DNA of 64,000 nucleotides from an uncultured Acidobacteriota bacterium (GTDB taxonomy: Bacteria > Acidobacteriota > Thermoanaerobaculia > Multivoradales > UBA5704), in the NCBI GenBank assembly GCA_963770895.1, contig CAVYRF010000001.1, forward strand, positions 960,001 through 1,024,000. The letters run 5' to 3'. The position numbers and the translations under genes are program-made. Below, one piece after another: positions 45,308 through 64,000 of this stretch. The notes under the pieces were generated by a model. The model did not search any database and had not been told where the DNA came from. It saw only the letters and a list, made by a program, of their open reading frames with translations. Positions within the stretch are counted from its first letter, which is position 1. Every line of letters starts with the position of its first letter.

Positions 45308-45838
45308 TCATCGCGAGGCGGCCACCGCGGTGGGTGCCGGAGCTTCGGCGGGTACGCCGGGTGCGGCGTGGGTGCTGCTTGCAAGCAGATCGCGGATGTC
45401 GTCGGGTGAGAGCGCGCCGGTCGCACGCTCGACGACGGCACCGTGATCGAACACGAGCAGCGTTGGCAATGCCTGAACGCCGTACTGTTTGGCCAGGTGG
45501 CGGGCCCATGTGACGTTGACGCGCACCACCCGCACCCGCCCGCCGGCGGTGGCCGCCACCGTTTCCAGCGATTTTTCGAGTTCCTTGCAGGGAAGGCACC
45601 AAGGTGCCGAGAAATCGACCAGGACTGGCGTCTTGGCTTGCAGAACCTGCGAGCCGAAGGAGAACAGCGACACTGCCACGATGCGCCCCTCGGCCGCCGG
45701 CGATGCGGCACCGCAGGGTGACGCCACCGTGAGCGCCAGCGCCAGCGCGGCGAGGATGACGACAACGCCGGAGCGGGCGCCGCGGTAACCGATCCTGTGG
45801 GTGACGACGGCGGCAAACGGGAGCGTGAATCGATGCAT
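45308..45838 (-). CDS. Thioredoxin with an N-terminal signal/membrane anchor
   Basis: PVLVDFSAPWCLPCK..YGVQALPTLLVF, with a hydrophobic N-terminus. Confidence 0.88.
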   Translation of the reverse strand: MHRFTLPFAAVVTHRIGYRGARSGVVVILAALALALTVASPCGAASPAAEGRIVAVSLFSFGSQVLQAKTPVLVDFSAPWCLPCKELEKSLETVAATAGGRVRVVRVNVTWARHLAKQYGVQALPTLLVFDHGAVVERATGALSPDDIRDLLASSTHAAPGVPAEAPAPTAVAASR

Positions 45839-46134
45839 GACGGCCTCCTCCATCGCTCCCGAATCGCCGGATGCAGCCGGTGTTCAGGTGCGTGAAGGAA
45901 GCATGAAGTTCGGCAGTTGGCGGCAACAGCGGCCGATCTCTGAAGGGCGCGTGCGCTTCCGCGCTCGACCCTTTGTAGGATGTTTTCCACCGGCCCAGGG
46001 TGGAGTGCTGATACCCAGGATCGCCGCGCACGCTGCGGTGGTCGGCAGCCGGCTCGCGCCCCCCGGCCGGCGGTCGATCTGGCTTGGATCGGACGGCGGT
46101 GGGGGCGGCGCTGCTGCGGGCGAGCGGCGGCGGT

Positions 46135-46866
46135 TTACGGCGTCGGCGGATTGGAGAAGGCGTTCAGGTCGATGAAGTTCTGATTGGTTCCCTGTGATGA
46201 GCTATAGGTCTTGGCCGGGCAGGGCGACTGCGCGTTGCAATGTCCGTCCAGGGTATCGGTCACGGTCAGGTTGAAGGGGACGTTGGTCGAGCTGGCGATG
46301 AAGACCCAGTAGTGGCCGTTGATGGCGGTGCCGTCCAGGACCTTGACGGAGACCTCGATGGTGCCGGCGTCGAAAAACCAGAAATAGCCTGACTCGTCGG
46401 CGACTTGCACGGCGGGGGCCTGGTGCAGAGCGGGCGTCCCCCCGCCGAGAAACCAGGACGTGGTGGCGACGAAGCGTCCGGCGAGCAGGTTGAGATCGGT
46501 GGCGGGGAGTGTGACCTGAAAAACGCTGGCGGAGAGGAAATTTCCCGAGTTGTCGACCTCTTTGACCGTGTAGCTTCCCGCGGCCAGCGTCCTCAGGGGA
46601 AACCGCTGCGTAATCGGGAAGGGCGCCGGGATGAGCGGTCCCACCTGGAGGGTGATCACATTGCCGGCGATGGTGGGAGCCTGATAGACATCGGAGAAGG
46701 TGGGCTCGACCACCAGGAACACCGAATCGCTGGTTGTCGGCAGGGCCGGGCTGATCAGGATCGGTGTCTGGGCCGCCAAGACGCCGCAGCCGCAAACCAG
46801 TGCGCCCAGGCTGGCGAGTACCTTGCAGCGGCGAGAGACGGCACCAAGCAAACGCGCTTCAAGCAT
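46135..46866 (-). CDS. Secreted hypothetical protein with a C-terminal SGYFWFF..VKVLDG..NGHYWVF domain
   Basis: Signal peptide, GGAGGT RBS and an aromatic-rich C-terminal beta domain. Confidence 0.75.
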   Translation of the reverse strand: MLEARLLGAVSRRCKVLASLGALVCGCGVLAAQTPILISPALPTTSDSVFLVVEPTFSDVYQAPTIAGNVITLQVGPLIPAPFPITQRFPLRTLAAGSYTVKEVDNSGNFLSASVFQVTLPATDLNLLAGRFVATTSWFLGGGTPALHQAPAVQVADESGYFWFFDAGTIEVSVKVLDGTAINGHYWVFIASSTNVPFNLTVTDTLDGHCNAQSPCPAKTYSSSQGTNQNFIDLNAFSNPPTP

Positions 46867-46961
46867 CCGTGGACCTCCTGGTTCTGGTAGCCGGCGACGT
46901 GGTAATTACGCCGACGGGTAGGTCCCCAATATGCTATATCAACATTTCAGGGCCTGCAACC

Positions 46962-47141
46962 CGGCCGCTGGTCTACGGGCTGTTGCGCACCGTGCATGGC
47001 GCCTCGTCGCAGGTGTCCTCCGGCAATGCGCTCTTCAGCCTGCTGGGCTTCTTCGGCATCTACACTGTGCTTTCCATCCTCTTCCTGTTCCTCCTCTACG
47101 AGCAGCTGGCGCGCGGCCCCGAGCCGGAGCCGGCTGTCTGA
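46962..47141 (+). pseudogene. cydA: Cytochrome bd oxidase subunit I, C-terminal fragment
   Basis: PLVYGLLRT..VSSGNALFSLLGFFGIY..LARGP, directly upstream of cydB. Confidence 0.75.
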
Positions 47142-47166
47142 CGCCGGCCCCGGCGGGAGACCGATC

Positions 47167-48240
47167 ATGGATGCGTTTCTGCCCGGCGTCTGGTTCTGGC
47201 TGGTGGCTGTGACGCTCGCGGTGTACGTCGTGCTCGACGGCTTCGACCTCGGCGCCGCGGTGGCCGGCCGCCTGCTGGCGCGCACCGCCGGCGAGCGGGG
47301 AGCCGTCGTGCGGACGATCGGTCCGGTGTGGGACGGCAACGAGGTGTGGCTGCTGGCCGGCGGCGGCACCCTGTTCGCGGCGTTCCCCGCGCTCTACGCC
47401 GCCAGCTTCAGCGGCTTCTACCTGCCGCTGATGATGGTGCTCTGGCCGCTCATCGGCCGCGGCGTTGCCGTGGAGCTGCGCCACCACACCGGCAGCGCTC
47501 TCTGGCGCTCCTTCTGGGACGCCATCTTCTTCGTCTCGAGCCTGCTGCTGGCGGTGTTCTACGGAGCCGCCCTGGGCAACGTGGTGCGCGGTGTGCCCTT
47601 TGGCTCCGACGGCCAGTTCTTCCTGCCGCTGTGGAGCGATTTCCGGCTGGGTCCGCCGTCCGGCATCCTGGACTGGTACACCGTGACGGCGGGGCTGACG
47701 GCGCTGGCCGCCCTGACCCTGCACGGTGCGCTGTGGCTGGCCGTCAAGCTGCCGGGCGACCTGGAAGCGCGCAGCCTGCGTCTGGCCGGGCGGCTGGTGT
47801 GGCCGCTTGCGGCCCTGACCGCGCTGCTGACCGCCGCGACCTTTTCCATCCAGCCGCTGGTGCCGGCGCATCTGGCCGCGCGGCCTTGGGGTGGGGTCTT
47901 CTGCCTGCTGGCCGTGGGCGGGCTCGCGGGTGTGATCGTCCAGGTGCGGCGGGGGCGGCCGCTCGGCGCCTTCCTGGGATCGTGCGCCTACCTGGCCGGC
48001 ATGTTGACGAGCGTCGCCTTCGGACTCTTCCCCTCGGTCCTGCCCGGTCTGCCGGCAGGTGACGCGGGGCTCACCGCGGCGGCGGCGGCCGCGCCCGCGG
48101 ACGGCCTGCGCGTGGCGCTGGCCTGGTGGATCCCCGGCATGCTGCTCGCGTGCGGCTACTCGTTGCACGTCTATCGCCACTTCGCGGGCAAGGTCGAAGC
48201 GGAGGCGGCGGCCGCCGGTCCCACCCCGGCGGGGTACTGA
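47167..48240 (+). CDS. cydB: Cytochrome bd ubiquinol oxidase subunit II
   Basis: YVVLDGFDLG, IGPVWDGNEVWL, FAAFPALYA and GAALGNVVRGVP. Confidence 0.93.
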   Translation: MDAFLPGVWFWLVAVTLAVYVVLDGFDLGAAVAGRLLARTAGERGAVVRTIGPVWDGNEVWLLAGGGTLFAAFPALYAASFSGFYLPLMMVLWPLIGRGVAVELRHHTGSALWRSFWDAIFFVSSLLLAVFYGAALGNVVRGVPFGSDGQFFLPLWSDFRLGPPSGILDWYTVTAGLTALAALTLHGALWLAVKLPGDLEARSLRLAGRLVWPLAALTALLTAATFSIQPLVPAHLAARPWGGVFCLLAVGGLAGVIVQVRRGRPLGAFLGSCAYLAGMLTSVAFGLFPSVLPGLPAGDAGLTAAAAAAPADGLRVALAWWIPGMLLACGYSLHVYRHFAGKVEAEAAAAGPTPAGY

Positions 48241-48361
48241 GCGCCGGCTGTGGGCGCCAGGCGCGACGCCTGGGCACGACCCCGATCGGCGCCCATCCGT
48301 TGGAATTCATGTCCGAAAGGCTGGCTGCCGGCCTGCCAGGGCCTCGGCGCGTTGCTGCCCC

Positions 48362-48430
48362 GCCGGCGGGGTGGGTTGCAAGCCCACCTGGCGGGACCCT
48401 GCGGACCACCCCCAGGGAGGTCGGCGGCAC
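48362..48430 (+). repeat. ~68-bp element, partner of 43670-43738
   Basis: Contains GGTGGG-N7-CCCACC; see the alignment given for the partner copy. Confidence 0.7.
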
Positions 48431-48532
48431 CGCGGGCGCTCTATTCCAGGCTGTGGGGCTCGTCGCTGGCCGTGGTGGCGGTCGCGGCGCTGGTGCCGTT
48501 TACGCCAAACGCTGCGCGAAAGCCAGTCCTGG

Positions 48533-48813
48533 CTATCGCCGGTACCGGCGGATGGCAGCCTGGCCGCCGGATCGCCGGGTGGTGATGCCCAGCACGGCGT
48601 AGAAAGGGCACCAGCCGGCCAGGTCGCGAGCGGCACCCAGCCGAAGATTCCGAGCGCGATGCCGGCGACACCCGCCACGACACCGAAGGCGGGCATCGCC
48701 AGCATGGTGACGGCGGCGACGATGCGCAGCAGGCGGTCGGCACGGCCGAGGTTGCGCCAGTCGGCCGGGTCCGGGTCACGCGCGGGTGACGGGCTGTTTG
48801 CGGCTTGCATCAT
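48533..48813 (-). pseudogene. DUF2892/YgaP-like membrane protein, frameshifted
   Basis: NLGRADRLLR..GWVPLAT, then LAGWCPFYAVLGITT continues in another frame near 48622. Confidence 0.65.
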
Positions 48814-48844
48814 GTAGGTCCGAGCCGGCGACCGGTGGCGCGTT

Positions 48845-49020
48845 TCAGGCCGCGCTCTGCGCGGAAGAGGGTTCCGTGGCTCCGCCGCGCCGTTCGCGGG
48901 CGGCGCGCGGCGGCACCACCACCAGGTTCGTGTCGCAGAAGTTCACCAGGGCTTCGGCGACGCTGCCGAGCAGGAGCCGTTCGAAGCCGCCGCGGCCGTG
49001 GGTGCCGGCGATGATGTCGA
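48845..49020 (-). pseudogene. Universal stress protein, C-terminal fragment
   Basis: IIAGTHGRGGFERLLLGSVAEALV..NLVVVPP. Confidence 0.75.
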
Positions 49021-49515
49021 GGCGCCGCTCTAGCGCTTTCGGCCGGTTTGAGAAGCGCACGGGGGCCGTGGTGCGCGTACCGGCCCCTGCGGAGCACTGG
49101 CCCAGCCGCACAGCATGTTAGAGTGATCGGGTTGCAGATAGATCCGCCGCGCCGAGGCAGTGTCCTCCAGGCCGGCGGAACCGGCGCTCAAGGCGCCAAG
49201 GAGATCCGATGCGCAGACCAATGATGACCCTGGCGGCCCTCCTCCTGGCTGCCGCAGCCTTCGGCGCGACCAGGCCGCAGCCTGCGCAGCAGGGAATGCG
49301 GAGGCCACAATGCGCCACCTGTTTGCCGGGATATATCTGCAGCGGGCCGCCACTCTACGAGTGCATCCGGTAGGGCCCGTCGACGGATCCACGACCTTCG
49401 AGCCGAGTCCTCGGCAGGAGCTGATGGAGCGACTCGGCGCCTGCGCGCTTGCATTCTTTGGCTCCGGGTGGGGCCCCGGCTCCCCCGGCCTTCAATCAGA
49501 GGAAGGGGGACGACG

Positions 49516-50157
49516 GTGAAGGCATCTTCGACAGTCATTCTTCTCGCTTGCGCAGCGCTCGGTGCCGTGGCGCTGCACGGCCAGCAGCCAAGCAAGCCGC
49601 TCTCGCCGCGCGGCACCGCCGCCACTCAGGTCGGAGCCACCTGGGTCGCGCAAAAACCTGGGGTCCCGCCGAAATACCCCGGCGGCAAATGGATCGAGGT
49701 CGAGTACGGCCGCCCGATCCTGCACGGGCGCAACAACATCTTCGGCAGCGGCGCGGACTACGGGAAGAGCGTCAATGCAGGCGCCCCGGTGTGGCGTGCC
49801 GGCGCCGGGTCCACCACCAAGCTCACCACCGAGGTGCCGATCGTGATCGGCGGCAAGACCCTCAAGCCCGGGGTCTACGATCTGTTCGTGGAGCTCAAGG
49901 AAGGAGCCTGGACCCTGATCGTGGGGACGCAGCCGACCCAGGACACCCACGACGCCAAGGAGAAGACTGCGATTTGGGGAGCCTACGGCTACGACCCCAA
50001 GTTCGACGTCGCGCGGGCGCCGATGACGGTGACCAAGCTCGAGCACTCGGTCGACCAGTTCACCATCGGCTTCCTCGACATGAGCGACAGCGGCGGCAAG
50101 CTGGGGATGGAGTGGGATACAACCGGCGCGAGCGTGGCGTTCTCGATCGCGCAATAA
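49516..50157 (+). CDS. DUF2911-family secreted protein
   Basis: Signal peptide, LSPRG..IEVEYGRP..IFG..VWRAGA..GKTLKPGVYDLF. Confidence 0.82.
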   Translation: MKASSTVILLACAALGAVALHGQQPSKPLSPRGTAATQVGATWVAQKPGVPPKYPGGKWIEVEYGRPILHGRNNIFGSGADYGKSVNAGAPVWRAGAGSTTKLTTEVPIVIGGKTLKPGVYDLFVELKEGAWTLIVGTQPTQDTHDAKEKTAIWGAYGYDPKFDVARAPMTVTKLEHSVDQFTIGFLDMSDSGGKLGMEWDTTGASVAFSIAQ

Positions 50158-50260
50158 GGCTCCCAGGTTCCGGAGCGCACATTCGGACGATCAAAACCCC
50201 GGGCGGCCCGTTCACCGGAGCCGCCGTCGGCGCGCGGTGCCGCCCCGCAGGGGGAGAGGG

Positions 50261-51139
50261 CTAAAGTTCGCCGCCGGGGCGGGGAGCGAGGCCGGCCAGT
50301 TGGGCGAGGCGGCTGTAGCGCTCCTGTAGCAGGACGGCGTGACCGGGCACGAGGTCCAGGATCATCACCTCGTCGACCTGGTGTCGATCGGCGATGCTCT
50401 CGAACGCCGCCACGCAGCTGTGCGGCGCGTCAACGACCGTCACGTCGCCAAGGCCGTTGCTTTCGCGCTCGGCCAGCGCCAGGTCACGGGTGGCGGCGGT
50501 CACCATGCTGGCGACGACGATCGCCCGCGGCGCGGCGAACTCGGGGCTGGGGACGAAGTGGCGGTAGTAGGCGGCGATCACCGCGGCGCCGTCGGCGGTG
50601 GTGCCGTGGTGCAGTGAAAAGCAGAAGCCGGTGCCGTGGCGGGCCGCCCACAAGGCGCTGCTTTCGCTGGCGCCCAACAGCCACATCGGCGGCCCGTTCT
50701 CCAGATGCGGCTCGACGCCGGCCGGAAGGGACTCCGGCGGGCGGCCGGTCAACAGGCAGTGGAGCTCGTCGAGCTTCCGATCGTAGGGCCGCAAGGTCTC
50801 GGGCGGACGGCCGTCGAACATCAGGTCGCGCATCTCGGGCGGCAGCTTCAGACCGCGCGTGATGCCCAGGTCGAAGCGGTCCGGCAGCAGGTATTCGATC
50901 AACCGTGCGTCCTCGGCGATCCGCAGGGGGGTCTGGTATGTGAGGCACGCTCCCCCGCTGCCGATACGGATACCCCGTGTGGTCGCCGCCAGCAGGGAGC
51001 CCAGCATCAGCGGGTTGGCGCACTGCCACCTGCTGTGATGCTCGCCCAACCAGAAGCGCGTGAAGCCCAGGGCGTCGGCCGCCGCCATGAAGTCGACGGC
51101 GGCGCCGACGTGGCCGAAATAAAGGATCGAAAGGTTCAT
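50261..51139 (-). CDS. Luciferase-like (LLM class) flavin-dependent oxidoreductase
   Basis: GFTRFWLGEHH, IRIGSGG, PLRIAED, DRFDLGITRG and PMWLLG. Confidence 0.88.
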   Translation of the reverse strand: MNLSILYFGHVGAAVDFMAAADALGFTRFWLGEHHSRWQCANPLMLGSLLAATTRGIRIGSGGACLTYQTPLRIAEDARLIEYLLPDRFDLGITRGLKLPPEMRDLMFDGRPPETLRPYDRKLDELHCLLTGRPPESLPAGVEPHLENGPPMWLLGASESSALWAARHGTGFCFSLHHGTTADGAAVIAAYYRHFVPSPEFAAPRAIVVASMVTAATRDLALAERESNGLGDVTVVDAPHSCVAAFESIADRHQVDEVMILDLVPGHAVLLQERYSRLAQLAGLAPRPGGEL

Positions 51140-51292
51140 GGGGTGGTTTGAAAATCGTTGCAACAGTTCGTCGCTTCGTGATAGAGAGTTTATTGCAGGT
51201 TGGGAGCCCCGCTCAACCTCCAGCTCGTCCTCGCGGTGCGCGGCACCACCGCCGCGGACCGTTTACCACCGCCAGCGCAAAAGGAGCCAACG

Positions 51293-51451
51293 ATGCAGAA
51301 GAATCAAAAGCAGCCGCAAGGCCCCCGGATCTCTTTCCATCGCGAGACGCTGCGCCAGCTCCAGGTCAGCGAATACGAGCAGGTCAAGGCCGGCCACGTC
51401 ACCTGCCCCACGTTCTCGCAGTATCGTATCTGCCCGATCTGCTGCCTCTGA
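51293..51451 (+). CDS. RiPP precursor peptide A3, 52 aa, upstream of lanC
   Basis: AAGGAG RBS. MQKNQKQPQGPRISFHRETLRQLQVSEYEQVKAG-HVTCPTFSQYRICPICCL*. Confidence 0.82.
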   Translation: MQKNQKQPQGPRISFHRETLRQLQVSEYEQVKAGHVTCPTFSQYRICPICCL

Positions 51452-51616
51452 TCGCCTCGCCGCGGCGCCCCGGCACCCAGGCGGCCGCTGGGGCCCCGCG
51501 GCCGCGGCGCCCGGCGCGCCGCGCTCCTGCCGCCCCGCCTCCCAGCGGCTACCTGTAGCAGCCGCCGGTGCCGGCGGCAGGCACCCGCCGCGTAGACCGG
51601 CCATGGCAGCGTTGCG

Positions 51617-52990
51617 ATGACCACCCCGCCCCCTTCTGCCGCGCACCCCGTCTGGCTGCCGCTCGCCGATGGCGACCTGGCCGCCGCGGCCTGGGAAGCG
51701 ATCGCCGCCATCGCCGTCGCGCTGGCGCCCGGCGCGGCCGCGCCGCCGCAAGGCGCCACGCCGCCGGATGTCACCCTGGCCACCGGCGATGCCGGCCGGG
51801 CGCTGTTTTTCGCCTATCTGGCGCAGCATCTCGACACGGTGCCGGCGACATCCGCATCGTCCGCGGCACCCGACCCGGCGATGCCCGCCGCAGCCGCGGC
51901 TGCGGCCGCGGTCGATCCGGCGGCCGCGGCGATGACGCTGATCGAACGGGCGGTCGCCGGACTGGCACCTGGGCCGGCGCCGGCGGGGCTGGCGCTCGGC
52001 CTGCCGGGGGTCGGATGGGTTGCCGAGCATCTGCGCGGGCGCCTGTACGAGCAGGAGGCGGCGGCCTACGACGAGGTGGACCATGTGATCCTCGCGTGGC
52101 TCGACCGGCCGGTCTGGCAGGGTGGCCTGGACCTGTTGGGCGGGCTGACCGGGCTGGGCACATATGCTGTCGAGCGGCTGCCGCGACCCGCCGCGGTGCG
52201 GGCATTGACGCGCGCCGTCGAGCACCTGGCGGCGGCGGCCGACCTGACGGCCGAAGGGGCGGCCTGGTTGACGCCTGCCGAGCGGCTGCCGCCGGCGGCG
52301 CGCGAGGCGTTTCCGCTGGGCTGCTTCGACCTGGGGGTCGCCCACGGCGCCGCCGGCATCGTGGCGCTGCTCGCCGCGGCTCGCGCGGCCGGCGTCGCTG
52401 CCGGCCCGGCGGAGCGCCTCCTGGACGCCGCGGTGCGCAGGCTGCTGGCCGGCCAGCGCCGCGCGACGGCGGCCGCCGCGGGCCGCTTCCCGCACCGGCT
52501 GGCTCCCGACGGCAGCGCGCCCGAAGGCCCCAGCCGGCTAGCCTGGTGCTACGGCGACCTGGGCATCGCCGCCGTGCTGGCGCTGGCGGCGCGCGCCGCG
52601 CGGCGACCGGATTGGCTGTCCGCCGCGGCGGACATCGCCCTGGCCGCCGCTGCCAGGCCCGCCGCCGCCTCGGGCGTGGTGGACGCCGGGCTCTGTCACG
52701 GCGCGGCGGGAGTGGCGCACCTGTTCGCGCGCCTGCATGTTGCGACCGGCTCCGCGGCGCTGGCCGACGCCGCCCGCGGCTGGCTACGCCGGGCGCTCGA
52801 CCTGCGCAGCCCCGGCCTCGGCCCCGGCGGTTTTGCCAGCTGGGCCGATACCGCGGCAGGCGGTACCTGGTGCGCCGAAGGGGGATTCTTGACCGGCGCC
52901 GCCGGCGTGGGGCTGGCGCTGCTGGGCGCAGTCTCGCCGGTCGACCCGGCCTGGGACCGCGTGCTGGCGCTGTCGCTGCGCGGCGACTGA
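51617..52990 (+). CDS. lanC: Lanthionine synthetase C-like cyclase
   Basis: LGVAHGAAG (catalytic His), AWCYGDLG and LCHGAAG (Zn ligands), GFLTGAAG..WDR. Confidence 0.9.
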   Translation: MTTPPPSAAHPVWLPLADGDLAAAAWEAIAAIAVALAPGAAAPPQGATPPDVTLATGDAGRALFFAYLAQHLDTVPATSASSAAPDPAMPAAAAAAAAVDPAAAAMTLIERAVAGLAPGPAPAGLALGLPGVGWVAEHLRGRLYEQEAAAYDEVDHVILAWLDRPVWQGGLDLLGGLTGLGTYAVERLPRPAAVRALTRAVEHLAAAADLTAEGAAWLTPAERLPPAAREAFPLGCFDLGVAHGAAGIVALLAAARAAGVAAGPAERLLDAAVRRLLAGQRRATAAAAGRFPHRLAPDGSAPEGPSRLAWCYGDLGIAAVLALAARAARRPDWLSAAADIALAAAARPAAASGVVDAGLCHGAAGVAHLFARLHVATGSAALADAARGWLRRALDLRSPGLGPGGFASWADTAAGGTWCAEGGFLTGAAGVGLALLGAVSPVDPAWDRVLALSLRGD

Positions 52991-53330
52991 CCGCTGGGCG
53001 ACGGCTCGGGACTCGCAGCAAGTGTAGCGGCGCATGGAAGCAAGGAGCGGGTAAGGGGCCTCACTCGCTTCCCTTGCCCCAAGGTTCGACCCCCGGCCAC
53101 CAAGCCGGCGATGCGAGCAAGCTCATGGGCCGCCGCAGCGCCAGCCAATTTGCATGAATCGAAAGCGGTTTCGCGCCTGGTCGATCGCTGGCAGTAGTCG
53201 CTCGAAGCGCTTGCTGGTTCGCTCGCGGGCGCGCTGTGGCACGTTCGTCACGAAGTCATAGTGCGCAATTCTTAGATGCAAAAATATCAAGAACTGATCG
53301 AAGCGTTGAAAATTGTGTTTTGCGAGACTC

Positions 53331-64000
<10,670 letters not shown>

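Noticed and set aside
53075-53105. tRNA-like GGTTCGACCCCCGGCCACCA
   Set aside because: The T-stem does not pair and no cloverleaf can be built upstream.

Overview
Very GC-rich bacterial DNA. The ADOP permease and the (K/R)-(L/I)-x-(L/F)-x-(R/K)ET leader peptides suggest Acidobacteriota, probably Thermoanaerobaculia-like (inference). Positions 1-25.6 kb hold the 3' part of a hybrid assembly line: the end of a PKS (KR-ACP), a 6166-aa NRPS (C-T-C-A-T-[C-A-T]x4; hand-read codes X/Ser-like, Leu, Gln-like, Gly, Ala) and a terminal PKS (KS-AT-KR-ACP-TE), followed by a convergent ADOP permease. Positions 53.3-64 kb hold the start of a second, FAAL-initiated lipopeptide NRPS with a recent T-C duplication. 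Between them lies a 25-kb mosaic: a PAS/two-component/HD-GYP cluster, two VapBC pairs, many gene fragments (cydA, USP, lanC, HlyD/permease, C13 peptidase) and several RiPP-like elements. The RiPP-like elements are three dispersed Cys-rich precursor peptides sharing one leader motif (two are absent from the ORF track), a LanC cyclase with no LanB in the window, and a two-gene unit of a 121-aa protein with two aromatic-YG-x-P motifs plus a radical SAM enzyme lacking SPASM cysteines. That last unit is the best candidate for an undescribed modification system. All domain and family calls come from reading motifs by eye; no database searches were run.
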